Positions 1 through 7,567 of a stretch of 24,473 nt of DNA are shown here, piece by piece (the stretch's first letter is position 1; each line of letters begins with the position of its first letter). The notes beneath the pieces are model-generated. The model was not told the DNA's origin and made no database searches. It saw only the letters and a program-made list of their open reading frames with translations. The stretch lies in the IMG/VR virus record IMGVR_UViG_3300043442_001338, positions 1 through 24,473 of that record; one strand, given 5' to 3'. Both the position numbers and the translations under genes were made by a program. The DNA comes from a virus (Duplodnaviria; Caudoviricetes).

Positions 1-98
1 CTAGAGCGCGTACGAGCAGGCGAGCCCCCAGGCGAGCTTTTTCATAGCGCTCTTCTCAACAATTCCCTCTTAAACTACAAAGGCTTTTTCCTGGCACA

Positions 99-335
99 AT
101 GCCTAAGCCTCCTCTCGCCCCTGACAAGCTCCCCACGCTCGAGCACCAGGGAGTGACCATTGAAGCCGTTCATCACCATGGCTTCTCCATGCCTGACAGG
201 GGCGCTGCGCCACGATCGCGCATGCTTTACGGAGCTCGCAACCCTGAAGACGGCGAGCGTCACTGGCGCAGCACTTACGAGGAAATTGTCTCTCTCATTA
301 ATCGCAATTTTGTCGCAAGTGGAGAGGCGCGATGA
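99..335 (+). CDS. hypothetical phage protein (78 aa)
   Basis: ATG ORF; its stop overlaps the next start (ATGA at 332-335). Confidence 0.7.
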   Translation: MPKPPLAPDKLPTLEHQGVTIEAVHHHGFSMPDRGAAPRSRMLYGARNPEDGERHWRSTYEEIVSLINRNFVASGEAR

Positions 336-409
336 CAACGTTGACACTGGCTCTGCTTTCTGTCATCATTTGTTCGGTCATCATTCTCGCCAAAGAAGTT
401 CGCTCATGA
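332..409 (+). CDS. 25-aa hydrophobic micropeptide MTTLTLALLSVIICSVIILAKEVRS
   Basis: ATGA overlaps at both ends (332-335, 406-409); single TM-like stretch; below the ORF-track cutoff. Confidence 0.55.
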   Translation: MTTLTLALLSVIICSVIILAKEVRS

Positions 410-723
410 TCTCCGAAGACATGCTTGATCTCCTGAAGGAGCTGGAAAGCATTAAGACTTCCCAAAAGGCTCTTGCCAAAAAGGAAGAACAGTGCAAGGC
501 AGACATCCTCGAGCTCATGAAAGAGGAAGGTTCCGAAAGCTGCGACAGCCCCTATGGAGCCATTCGCCTGCAACGGCGCAACGAAAAGGACTATGGAAAC
601 GAAATAAGGAACATGGAAATTGCCTTGAAAGAAGCCAAGAAACTGGCCGATGACATGGGAGATTTTTCTATCCTGTCAGTTAAAGAAAGCCTTGTCTTCA
701 CCCTTCCGAAAGAAGTGTTTTGA
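406..723 (+). CDS. hypothetical coiled-coil phage protein (105 aa)
   Basis: ATG at 406 in the frame of ORF 160..723; charged helical sequence. Confidence 0.75.
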   Translation: MISEDMLDLLKELESIKTSQKALAKKEEQCKADILELMKEEGSESCDSPYGAIRLQRRNEKDYGNEIRNMEIALKEAKKLADDMGDFSILSVKESLVFTLPKEVF

Positions 724-725
724 CA

Positions 726-875
726 ATGGACAAAGAAGAAGTGGCTGCAATGATTGATGCCAAAATTAAAAGCCATGAAATTAGGATTGGTTTGATTAGT
801 GGCATCATCGGCTTCCTTTCCTTTGGCGGCATTGTTGCAGCCCTTCTTTTTCTTTACTATTTAGTTGCACAATGA
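726..875 (+). CDS. small membrane protein (49 aa, MDKEEVAAMIDAKIKSHE...)
   Basis: Hand-translated; amphipathic N-terminus plus C-terminal TM segment; ATGA overlap with next gene. Confidence 0.65.
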   Translation: MDKEEVAAMIDAKIKSHEIRIGLISGIIGFLSFGGIVAALLFLYYLVAQ

Positions 876-1048
876 GCGCTCCTTTTGATCCTTCTCCATC
901 GCTTTCCAAAGAAGAATGGAATGAAATGAAAAGCTTGCTTCATGCCATTAGCTTCTCTCCATCGTCAGTGGCACCACAAAAGCTTGAGCGCTTTTCAGCC
1001 CTGTTCGCCAGAAGCTTGATAGGCAAAGGAAATGCCCCTCTAGAATAG
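872..1048 (+). CDS. hypothetical protein (58 aa, ...LSKEEWNEMKSLLHAISFSP...)
   Basis: Hand-translated; ATGA-coupled to upstream gene; fills the gap before 1068. Confidence 0.65.
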   Translation: MSAPFDPSPSLSKEEWNEMKSLLHAISFSPSSVAPQKLERFSALFARSLIGKGNAPLE

Positions 1049-1067
1049 AGGCCAATAAAGAACGACC

Positions 1068-1811
1068 ATGCCTCTTCCCGAGATTTCTTTTGCCTCTAAA
1101 GAAGAGCAATTGCAATATGCAACGAAAGTGCTTGTAGAGGCAGGATTCACGCCAGAGCAAATTGACCGCATTCGCAATAAGGTGGGTCTAGGGCCTGGCA
1201 AGATCCCTTACGACAAAGATCTCACTGGACAGCGGCGCTACATGGTGCAGGAGCTGCTTGCGGCTCGCATGAGCAACAAGCAAATTGCTGAAGCTTTGCT
1301 CTTGTCAAAAGAAACTGTAAGTAGCGATCGCATTCATAATCGTCAAATTTGGACCCATGAAATCCTGAAAAGTCAAGACACCTGGCGAGCACGATTAGTT
1401 CAGGAACAAGATGAAATCAAGCAAAAAGCGCTGGAATCGTTTGAGCAAAGCAAACGCAAGAAAGTCACCACTTACAACGAAAGCAAAGACGAGACGATTG
1501 TGCGCATTGAAGAAAGCGCTGGTGAAAGCGGCTTCTTAGGCATTGCACGCAGTTGTCTGGAACAGCAAGCAAAGCTCATCGGATTGTTCGACATCAAGCC
1601 TCAAACGGCAGAGAAAAGCGGCTACAAGAATTTCCTGGACACTCTTACCAAGGAAGTTAAAAAGATCAAAGAAGCTGAGAACAATTCTCAACTAAGAGCT
1701 TCTGCCATTGATGCGGAAGCGAAAGAAGCTGAGCCAGAGTTTGATGATGATGGCGAGCCCACTGGCGCTAGTCGTCCGTTGTTAGCAGTGCCGGAAGACG
1801 ACGAAGATTGA
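1068..1811 (+). CDS. HTH protein, candidate terminase small subunit
   Basis: HTH-like RRYMVQELLAARMSNKQIAEALLLSKETVSSD, then helical region and FLGIARSCLEQQAKLIGL segment, acidic tail; function is inference. Confidence 0.5.
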   Translation: MPLPEISFASKEEQLQYATKVLVEAGFTPEQIDRIRNKVGLGPGKIPYDKDLTGQRRYMVQELLAARMSNKQIAEALLLSKETVSSDRIHNRQIWTHEILKSQDTWRARLVQEQDEIKQKALESFEQSKRKKVTTYNESKDETIVRIEESAGESGFLGIARSCLEQQAKLIGLFDIKPQTAEKSGYKNFLDTLTKEVKKIKEAENNSQLRASAIDAEAKEAEPEFDDDGEPTGASRPLLAVPEDDED

Positions 1812-1837
1812 CAGTCTTTCCCATTGTTTCTTAAGCT
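1808..1837 (+). promoter_or_regulatory. sigma70-type promoter
   Basis: TTGACA (1808-1813) N18 TAAGCT (1832-1837). Confidence 0.55.
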
Positions 1838-1895
1838 TCATAAGGCTTGACAATCGTTTCATGGTTCGTCAAGCTAATCGTGTTGCTTGTTTTTC

Positions 1896-2354
1896 ATGGA
1901 CTTCTCTCTTGGTTCCGTTGGTGATTTTCTCCGCAAGGTGCAAGGCGCCAAGGCCCGGCAACGAGAAGCTATTGAAGAACACCTCGAGCCATTCCTTGAT
2001 GATCCTTCCACTTTTGCCATTCCTCCAACCATGGCAGATCTGTTGGAAGGATTGTTTGAGCAGTTTGGCGATGAAGCATTGAAGCAATTGGGCATGGTTG
2101 CTCTTGGTAAATGGGCCAAAGTGCATGAAGAAACACTGGAACAGCATTTGTCCCATGGAAACCAAGCAGAAGCTTTGCTTACCATGAGCGACTTGTCCAA
2201 AATGACCACTGCTCTGCGCATCCTTTCTGACATTGGTAGCTTTGGCGGGGATGATGATTATCGAAGATCAATGAAGCAGCAAATCAATCAAGCAGTGCTC
2301 GAGCGCATTGAAGAAAATGGCGGGAGCATTGAAGATTTTTTTGGGACAAAGTGA
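1896..2354 (+). CDS. hypothetical acidic helical protein
   Basis: ATG at 1896 in ORF 1887..2354; follows the promoter. Confidence 0.75.
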   Translation: MDFSLGSVGDFLRKVQGAKARQREAIEEHLEPFLDDPSTFAIPPTMADLLEGLFEQFGDEALKQLGMVALGKWAKVHEETLEQHLSHGNQAEALLTMSDLSKMTTALRILSDIGSFGGDDDYRRSMKQQINQAVLERIEENGGSIEDFFGTK

Positions 2355-2737
2355 TAACGGCCACTTCCATGACCGCTCTCCCTTTAATCTCCATGCCTCC
2401 TATGGTCACCATTTGTATTCCGCCCATCCTCAAGGCAGAGGCTGAATACGTTGCAGCAGAAGAGCCGTTGGTGCATCCTGCATGGAAAAAGATCAGCCAA
2501 CAAGGTCGTCATTTCGTCCTCCGCACTTCTGACATTAGTGATGTGGAGGAACTGGCTGACTGGGCATCGAGCTGGCTGGAGGAGCCCCTTGAACCATTGA
2601 ACAAGGCCAAACGACAGGCCTTCCAGAATGTGATTGCCAGGGCTGGCAGGCATGTGGTACTGAGGCCCGTGGGCAAGGGAAGGATGTTGGCGATGGGGTG
2701 GAAGACGATAAGTAGCGCTAATGGCTCAGGGGCTTGA
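2351..2737 (+). CDS. hypothetical protein (start uncertain)
   Basis: GTGA overlap with upstream stop; several alternative ATGs downstream. Confidence 0.65.
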   Translation: MITATSMTALPLISMPPMVTICIPPILKAEAEYVAAEEPLVHPAWKKISQQGRHFVLRTSDISDVEELADWASSWLEEPLEPLNKAKRQAFQNVIARAGRHVVLRPVGKGRMLAMGWKTISSANGSGA

Positions 2738-2792
2738 CCACGGCCAGGACAGAACGGCACACTAAGCAGGCGAACCACTTCGTTCCCCTCCC

Positions 2793-3125
2793 ATGGCAAC
2801 CATCTATCGCGATTCGTTCGGCACTTCTGCTTTCACCAAGGACCATGCTTTGGTTATGAATGGCAGTCATCCAACTGTTGCATGGAGCTTTCGCATTAAA
2901 GAACTGGAAGAATGGCTTACTACACTGGAAGAGACTATGCTCAAAGAGGAAAACTTCGCCAATCGATTGGTAATGGAGCGTCTTTATTTCAGCCTGAAAG
3001 GCGCTTATAGCAAGCACAAGCAACAGCATGAAGAAATCACCACGGAGGCTCCTTCTGAAGCCGATCTCATGGCTTATCTTGAAGCTTATGCAGTGGCAAT
3101 CAACAGTGAACCGCATCAACCCTGA
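2793..3125 (+). CDS. hypothetical protein (110 aa)
   Basis: ATG ORF after a pyrimidine-rich leader. Confidence 0.7.
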   Translation: MATIYRDSFGTSAFTKDHALVMNGSHPTVAWSFRIKELEEWLTTLEETMLKEENFANRLVMERLYFSLKGAYSKHKQQHEEITTEAPSEADLMAYLEAYAVAINSEPHQP

Positions 3126-3138
3126 CGGCTCCGGCCGT

Positions 3139-3180
3139 CTTTCAAATGCAGGAAAAAACGGCCTTTCAATGCAGGAAAAA
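3139..3180 (+). repeat. imperfect direct repeat CTTTCA(A)ATGCAGGAAAAA x2
   Basis: Copies at 3139-3157 and 3163-3180. Confidence 0.7.
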
Positions 3181-3285
3181 GCGCTTTTGCGCAATGATGA
3201 TGATTACGACGACTGGGAAGTGGGTATGGAGCCCATTCCTGGCGACACATCATGGACCCATTCAGCTTGCGAGAAGCGCCCTTGA
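3169..3285 (+). CDS. 38-aa acidic peptide (...DDYDDWEVGMEPIPGD...)
   Basis: ATG at 3169; ends within a terminator-like hairpin AAGCGCC-CTTGA-GGCGCTT-TTT. Confidence 0.45.
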   Translation: MQEKALLRNDDDYDDWEVGMEPIPGDTSWTHSACEKRP

Positions 3286-3324
3286 GGCGCTTTTTAATGC
3301 AATTATCACTGCCGGCTCATGGGC

Positions 3325-3352
3325 AAAAGAAAAGGGGAGCTTGCGCTCCCCT
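3325..3352 (-). terminator. intrinsic terminator of the minus-strand RNA
   Basis: Minus strand AGGGGAGC-GCAA-GCTCCCCT followed by TTTCTTTT. Confidence 0.75.
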
Positions 3353-3526
3353 CCTCTTTACAACCCTCCGATACGTTTGTGACCTTGGAAGTTTCTACAA
3401 GGGGCTAGTTGCTCACAGGGGCCATGCATTCCCTTGGCGGGCCTTGCGGAATCCGCCCAACTAACCAACGCGTCCACCCTCGCGGCATCAGCGATGAAGG
3501 CAATTAAGCCTCAGGACCGAGTTGCT
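3325..3526 (-). ncRNA. candidate structured ncRNA 1 (about 200 nt, unassigned)
   Basis: Own -10 (TATGCT, 3532-3537 minus), closing helix, nested stems, possible pseudoknot, terminator; no credible ORF. Confidence 0.6.
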
Positions 3527-3625
3527 TGAGAAGCATAGCACGACGCAGGCGTCTTGACACGCTTGATAAGCTAGGGAGACCAGGAGGCGACTCCCTGGTT
3601 CTCGCTACTTACTTCTCTTTTCCTG

Positions 3626-3988
3626 ATGCTTTTTCGTTTTCTTTCTGTTGCTTCCGTTGTCCTTGGTGCTTTGGTGCCATTCGCTGCGGAGGCAGGAGGT
3701 TCGTGCGGCTACGTTTCGCACTATGGCGTTGGAGATGGCTACAACGGCCAGAGAGCTGCTGATGGCAGCCGCTTCGATGCTTATGGCCTCACTGTTGCCT
3801 CTCCATCGCTCCCTCTTGGCACTCGCCTGCGCATAACCAATCCTCGCAACGGAAGATCAGTGGTGGTGAAGGTGACTGACCGGGGTCCTTGGTATGGCAA
3901 TCGCATTCTTGACCTTTCCTACGGTGCTTTTGCTCGCGTGGCCAATCCATCACAAGGAGTTGCGCGGATCTGCTACGCCAAGGCATGA
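3626..3988 (+). CDS. rlpA: RlpA-like double-psi beta-barrel lytic transglycosylase with signal peptide
   Basis: SHYG...G...ADG..FD, LPLGT.LRITN..NGRSVVVKVTDRGP, RILDLS.GAF motifs; N-terminal hydrophobic leader ending AEA. Confidence 0.85.
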   Translation: MLFRFLSVASVVLGALVPFAAEAGGSCGYVSHYGVGDGYNGQRAADGSRFDAYGLTVASPSLPLGTRLRITNPRNGRSVVVKVTDRGPWYGNRILDLSYGAFARVANPSQGVARICYAKA

Positions 3989-4009
3989 TGCCAAAGAACG
4001 AGAATCCAC

Positions 4010-4034
4010 GAGCGCTCCGCAAGGGGCGCTTTTT
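4010..4034 (+). terminator. intrinsic terminator
   Basis: AGCGCTCC-GCAA-GGGGCGCT-TTTT. Confidence 0.8.
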
Positions 4035-4060
4035 ATTAGCAATGCTTATGGTTTGAAGCG

Positions 4061-4089
4061 TTGACAAAGTAAGCATGACTGAATACTCT
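4061..4089 (+). promoter_or_regulatory. sigma70-type promoter
   Basis: TTGACA (4061-4066) N17 TACTCT (4084-4089). Confidence 0.65.
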
Positions 4090-4129
4090 TACTGAGTCTC
4101 CCGATTGAGACGCTCTTTGCTTTTTAACC

Positions 4130-4960
4130 ATGACTGACGATTTTTACGCTGAAGTTGTTGAGGTGACGCCAGAAATAGCCGCCGACATTCTTAAAGGCAA
4201 TACGAATAATCGTGGCCTGTCCAAAACTCGCGTCAAGACATTTGCTAAGCAAATTTCTCAAGGCAAATGGAGAAAGACCGGGCAAGGAATTTCTGTGGCA
4301 ACTAGCGGTCGCTTGCTTGATGGTCAAACTCGTCTTCACGCGATCATCCAAAGCGGCAAGCCGGCCACAATGGTGGTCTCGTGGAACTGTGACGAAGATT
4401 CGTTTGCGGTATTTGACACGGGACGAGCTCGCAACGCTACAGATGTGTTAAAAATTGCTGGATGCGAGCAGCATCAAGGAATTATTTCGGCTGGTCTTCG
4501 CCTTGCTATTCCGCTCATTGAGAATCCTGAAGCGTATTTCGTTACATCTCAAGGTATCACCAACGAGGAAATTCTTGACTTGTGGTCTTCCCGCAAAGAA
4601 GAGTGCGAGTGGTGCGCCACTCTGTCCTCCTCTGTGCATTCACAGTTCAAAGTCTTCTCGAAGTCCATTTATTTTACATTTCTTTTTCTTGCAAATATGA
4701 AGGGGTGGGACGGGCAAACGTTGACAAACTTCTCCAACGCCTTTGCTACTGGCGCCGATCTTGATTTTGGATCCCCAGTACTGTCGTTTCGTCAATACGT
4801 TGGCAATAACTTTCTTCGCTGCAATATGAATCAACAGCGACTTGCCACTCTTGCATCGCTCATTAAATGCTTCAACCTTCATGTGACAAGGGCGGAAATG
4901 AAAAAGTTTCGCCCTCCAGTAATACCTCCCATGATTCAAATTGAATCACCGGCAATTTAA
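4130..4960 (+). CDS. ParB/Srx-like (DGQHR-type) N-terminal domain protein
   Basis: VTPEIAADIL..NTNNR...W...G..I....G.LLDGQTRL.AII pattern. Confidence 0.75.
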   Translation: MTDDFYAEVVEVTPEIAADILKGNTNNRGLSKTRVKTFAKQISQGKWRKTGQGISVATSGRLLDGQTRLHAIIQSGKPATMVVSWNCDEDSFAVFDTGRARNATDVLKIAGCEQHQGIISAGLRLAIPLIENPEAYFVTSQGITNEEILDLWSSRKEECEWCATLSSSVHSQFKVFSKSIYFTFLFLANMKGWDGQTLTNFSNAFATGADLDFGSPVLSFRQYVGNNFLRCNMNQQRLATLASLIKCFNLHVTRAEMKKFRPPVIPPMIQIESPAI

Positions 4961-5000
4961 AGGCAATTTACTTGCATTCTCCTCTCAAAAAAAAATTATT

Positions 5001-5237
5001 ATGAGTACTTCGTCAATGCGGGCACTTAATCTTTACCAAGCCGCCGTTAATTTGCACGAAAGCTTGCAACTTTGTTTTGATCAAGATCGTGAACTTTGCT
5101 CGTTGCAGAATTTTGAAGATATTGCCAACGCCCTGCTTGGGGCAGGAGGTGATCATGGTATGTCAAATTTGAATTCACTTGCTTATACGATTAGAAGTAT
5201 GGAGAAGTCATTGATTGAGTTTAATTATAAAGAATAA
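5001..5237 (+). CDS. hypothetical protein, AT-richer than neighbours
   Basis: ATG at 5001 in ORF 4941..5237. Confidence 0.55.
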   Translation: MSTSSMRALNLYQAAVNLHESLQLCFDQDRELCSLQNFEDIANALLGAGGDHGMSNLNSLAYTIRSMEKSLIEFNYKE

Positions 5238-5261
5238 CAAGTTAAGCTTTTCCCTTCCATT

Positions 5262-5290
5262 GAGCGCTCCGCAGGGGGCGCTTTTCTTTT
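5262..5290 (+). terminator. intrinsic terminator, near-identical to 4010-4034
   Basis: AGCGCTCC-GCAG-GGGGCGCT-TTTCTTTT. Confidence 0.8.
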
Positions 5291-5305
5291 GCCGGCTGGC
5301 CTTGT

Positions 5306-5355
5306 ATTACAAAAGGCAACAAAGCCTTGGCCGGGCATGGCCGGCTTGGTATTGT
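5306..5355 (+). promoter_or_regulatory. early-type promoter module (direct-repeat box inverted relative to the other copies)
   Basis: ATTACAAA-AG-GCAACAAA, GC-rich hairpin, TATTGT at 5350. Confidence 0.5.
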
Positions 5356-5376
5356 TCCCTTGTTCACGCTTTCGCC

Positions 5377-5538
5377 ATGCAGAACCTTCTAGCCACCTCC
5401 GCTCTGTCGGCAATGCTTGCCACCTTGGCCTGGTCCTATGTAACCCAGCCAGCGCCGCAGCCCGACCGCCAGGCCTACCAGGCCTGCACGCAGCTCCACC
5501 CGCAACGCTATTGCGCCATCACGCATTTGGGCCAATGA
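5377..5538 (+). CDS. small membrane-anchored or secreted protein (53 aa)
   Basis: Hydrophobic N-terminus; C..LHP.RYC motif. Confidence 0.65.
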   Translation: MQNLLATSALSAMLATLAWSYVTQPAPQPDRQAYQACTQLHPQRYCAITHLGQ

Positions 5539-5765
5539 GAGAAGCCGACAGGCGCATTGCTGCCATGGCGAAAAGCCTAGGCTTCATCCTGGCCCGCACC
5601 AAGCGTCATTTTGTCTTCAAGCATCCAAGCGGGGCCACTTTCGTGGCGCCACAGAGCGTAAGTGATGGTCGTGCCCTTCGCAATGCCGAAAAGGACATGC
5701 GCAAGGCCATAAGCAACGCTAATGCTCGAAGGGCTTCACAAGGGGCCGATGCCCCTGCACAATAA
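5535..5765 (+). CDS. HicA-like (dsRBD-fold) protein
   Basis: LGF...RTKRHFVFKHPSG...V.P.S.SD.RA..N pattern; ATGA overlap. Confidence 0.6.
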   Translation: MREADRRIAAMAKSLGFILARTKRHFVFKHPSGATFVAPQSVSDGRALRNAEKDMRKAISNANARRASQGADAPAQ

Positions 5766-5799
5766 TCATCAAGGGCGCGAGCCCACTTCCTCCTCTTCC

Positions 5800-6078
5800 A
5801 TGGACAAAACCTCCTTCATCAAGAAATTCATCTTTGAGGCTGGCAGCAGCATCGTCAGCGTGCAGTTCATAAAAGCCGATGGCACCGTGCGCAAGCTGCA
5901 GTTCAACCCTCGCGACACCAAAGAAATTAAGGGCACTGGCACTCCTTCTCGCGAGGTGAGCATTATTCGCTGTCGTGATTTCTCCATTGCTCGTAACGAA
6001 GGCGAAGGCGCGTGGCGTTCGTTTGATTGCGAGCGTGTGGTGAGCATCAAGGCCAATGGTAAAGAGCTGGTGTTCTGA
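5800..6078 (+). CDS. WYL_2/Sm-like SH3 beta-barrel phage protein
   Basis: V.F.KADG.VR.L...AWRSF....V.SI pattern. Confidence 0.65.
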   Translation: MDKTSFIKKFIFEAGSSIVSVQFIKADGTVRKLQFNPRDTKEIKGTGTPSREVSIIRCRDFSIARNEGEGAWRSFDCERVVSIKANGKELVF

Positions 6079-6080
6079 CC

Positions 6081-6260
6081 ATGGCAGTTCTTGATCGCGA
6101 CGTTTGGAGTCTATGGGCAGAGTCAGGCATGGATTGGACCATGCTTGATTCCAGCCCTGACCGCAATGCTCTCGAGCGGCAGGCTCGAAGCCTCAAAGCC
6201 GTGTTCACCACTAAGAGCTTCATGGTGGTGCAGGGCATGCAAGGCCCGAACCGTTTGTAA
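6081..6260 (+). CDS. hypothetical protein (59 aa, MAVLDRDVWSLWAESG...)
   Basis: Hand-translated; starts 2 nt after the upstream stop. Confidence 0.55.
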   Translation: MAVLDRDVWSLWAESGMDWTMLDSSPDRNALERQARSLKAVFTTKSFMVVQGMQGPNRL

Positions 6261-6326
6261 ACAATTGTTGCAGAGGGGCTGACCAGGCCCCTTCTGCCTT
6301 TATTGTTCTATCACGGGCGCGAGCCC
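6254..6326 (+). promoter_or_regulatory. early-type promoter module
   Basis: TTTGTAAA-CA-ATTGTTGC; GGGGC/GCCCC hairpin; TATTGT at 6301; GGGC-GCGA-GCCC leader. Confidence 0.65.
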
Positions 6327-6341
6327 ACCGTCACTAAAGTC

Positions 6342-6581
6342 ATGCACCGCACCATCGAAGGCCATCGCGAGAGCCCCTACCTCGCGAAGCTCGAAGCCGA
6401 TCGTCAAGCCCAGCACTCTGGCTATGGCGTCAGAAGCATCATGCTCGCTAATGGCTGCTGCAAATGGGAAGCCTATGGCTGGGAGCGCATTACAGAGCTC
6501 CAGCTTCACTACACCAGCTATGCCATTTTCAATAACAAGTGGGAAGCTGAACAGTATTTCAACAACATTGTCAACGGCTAG
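6342..6581 (+). CDS. hypothetical protein
   Basis: ATG directly after the promoter module. Confidence 0.7.
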   Translation: MHRTIEGHRESPYLAKLEADRQAQHSGYGVRSIMLANGCCKWEAYGWERITELQLHYTSYAIFNNKWEAEQYFNNIVNG

Positions 6582-6583
6582 TC

Positions 6584-6862
6584 ATGAAAAAGTACTCACA
6601 TCAGTACGGACAAATCAAACATAAATACATACAAATGGCGCAGCAAATACATCAAGATTTTATTGTTGATGCGCTTGGAGAAGATGTCGAAAAGCAATTA
6701 CGTTATGAAGCTGCATGTACAAGCTTAAAGCAGATCAAAAAGGATATTGACCAAATGGTTAATGGAAACATGCGCGACCAGTCTCTGCTCTTTTACGAAG
6801 AAAAATTACGACAATTGCAACAGCGTGCCAATGAGCACGAAGCCACTCCTTACACTCTCTGA
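6584..6862 (+). CDS. hypothetical helical protein
   Basis: ATG 2 nt after upstream stop. Confidence 0.65.
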   Translation: MKKYSHQYGQIKHKYIQMAQQIHQDFIVDALGEDVEKQLRYEAACTSLKQIKKDIDQMVNGNMRDQSLLFYEEKLRQLQQRANEHEATPYTL

Positions 6863-6873
6863 TCTTGATTATC

Positions 6874-7131
6874 ATGGACGCTCTATTTCTTGTTTCTGGC
6901 GCCACTGTTTTCACTGGCAAGCTTTACGACCAAGCATTCTCTCAAAGCTGCAGAAATGGAAGCGGCGCCGGAGGCTTTGCTTCTGGGGAGTTCAATGGGA
7001 AGGAAATAAGCTGCTGGATTGTGCCTCGGTGCATGGGTCGTGGTCGCTGGAGTAGCACCACGATTTGGAAGGTCAATGGCAAGCGAGTAGCACAGAAGAA
7101 ACTGATTGACGCTGTTTGTGAAGCTTTGTGA
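6874..7131 (+). CDS. hypothetical protein
   Basis: ATG at 6874 in ORF 6865..7131. Confidence 0.65.
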   Translation: MDALFLVSGATVFTGKLYDQAFSQSCRNGSGAGGFASGEFNGKEISCWIVPRCMGRGRWSSTTIWKVNGKRVAQKKLIDAVCEAL

Positions 7132-7188
7132 CAAGCAGGGGTTTCGGCCCCTCTTGCCTGTATTGTTCCTTTGTCCGGCGGCGACGCC
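7115..7188 (+). promoter_or_regulatory. early-type promoter module
   Basis: TTTGTGAA-GC-TTTGTGAC; AGGGGT-TTCG-GCCCCT; TATTGT at 7161; GGCG-GCGA-CGCC leader. Confidence 0.7.
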
Positions 7189-7203
7189 CTTTCCTTTCTT
7201 TCC

Positions 7204-7464
7204 ATGGCAACCATTCCTACTGTCCATCTCAACGGCACCGGCTTCACCGACCTGCGCGATGGTTACGCTGCTGCGTACGATGCCATCGACAAGGCCATCG
7301 ACGCTCTAGCCGCTGCCGAGCTCAACGGCCGGGACTTCTACCCTCAAGGCCCTGATGCTTACTATCAAGCCCGCAGGGAGCGTGATCAAGCCTTTGACCA
7401 GCTTCGTGCTGCCCAGGCCTATGTGGGTGAAATGCTGGCCGGCATTTGTGATCAGCAGCGCTGA
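7204..7464 (+). CDS. conserved-looking phage hypothetical protein (PTVHLNGT...NGRDFYPQG)
   Basis: ATG after the promoter module; Ala-rich helical protein. Confidence 0.8.
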   Translation: MATIPTVHLNGTGFTDLRDGYAAAYDAIDKAIDALAAAELNGRDFYPQGPDAYYQARRERDQAFDQLRAAQAYVGEMLAGICDQQR

Positions 7465-7552
7465 TTGCAACGATTTGTGAAGCTAATGGTTTAGGGGCTG
7501 GCCACAGCCCCTTTTTGCTCTATTGTTCCTTTGTTCGGAGGCGCGAGCTTCC
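7464..7552 (+). promoter_or_regulatory. early-type promoter module
   Basis: ATTGCAAC-GA-TTTGTGAA; AGGGGCTG-GCCA-CAGCCCCT; TATTGT at 7521; GGAGGC-GCGA-GCTTCC leader. Confidence 0.65.
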
Positions 7553-7567
7553 ACCACTCACCAAATC

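Noticed and set aside
3-53. AGAGCGC/GCGCTCT stem with two GGCGAGC copies at the window start
   Set aside because: Context truncated by the window edge; too short to assign
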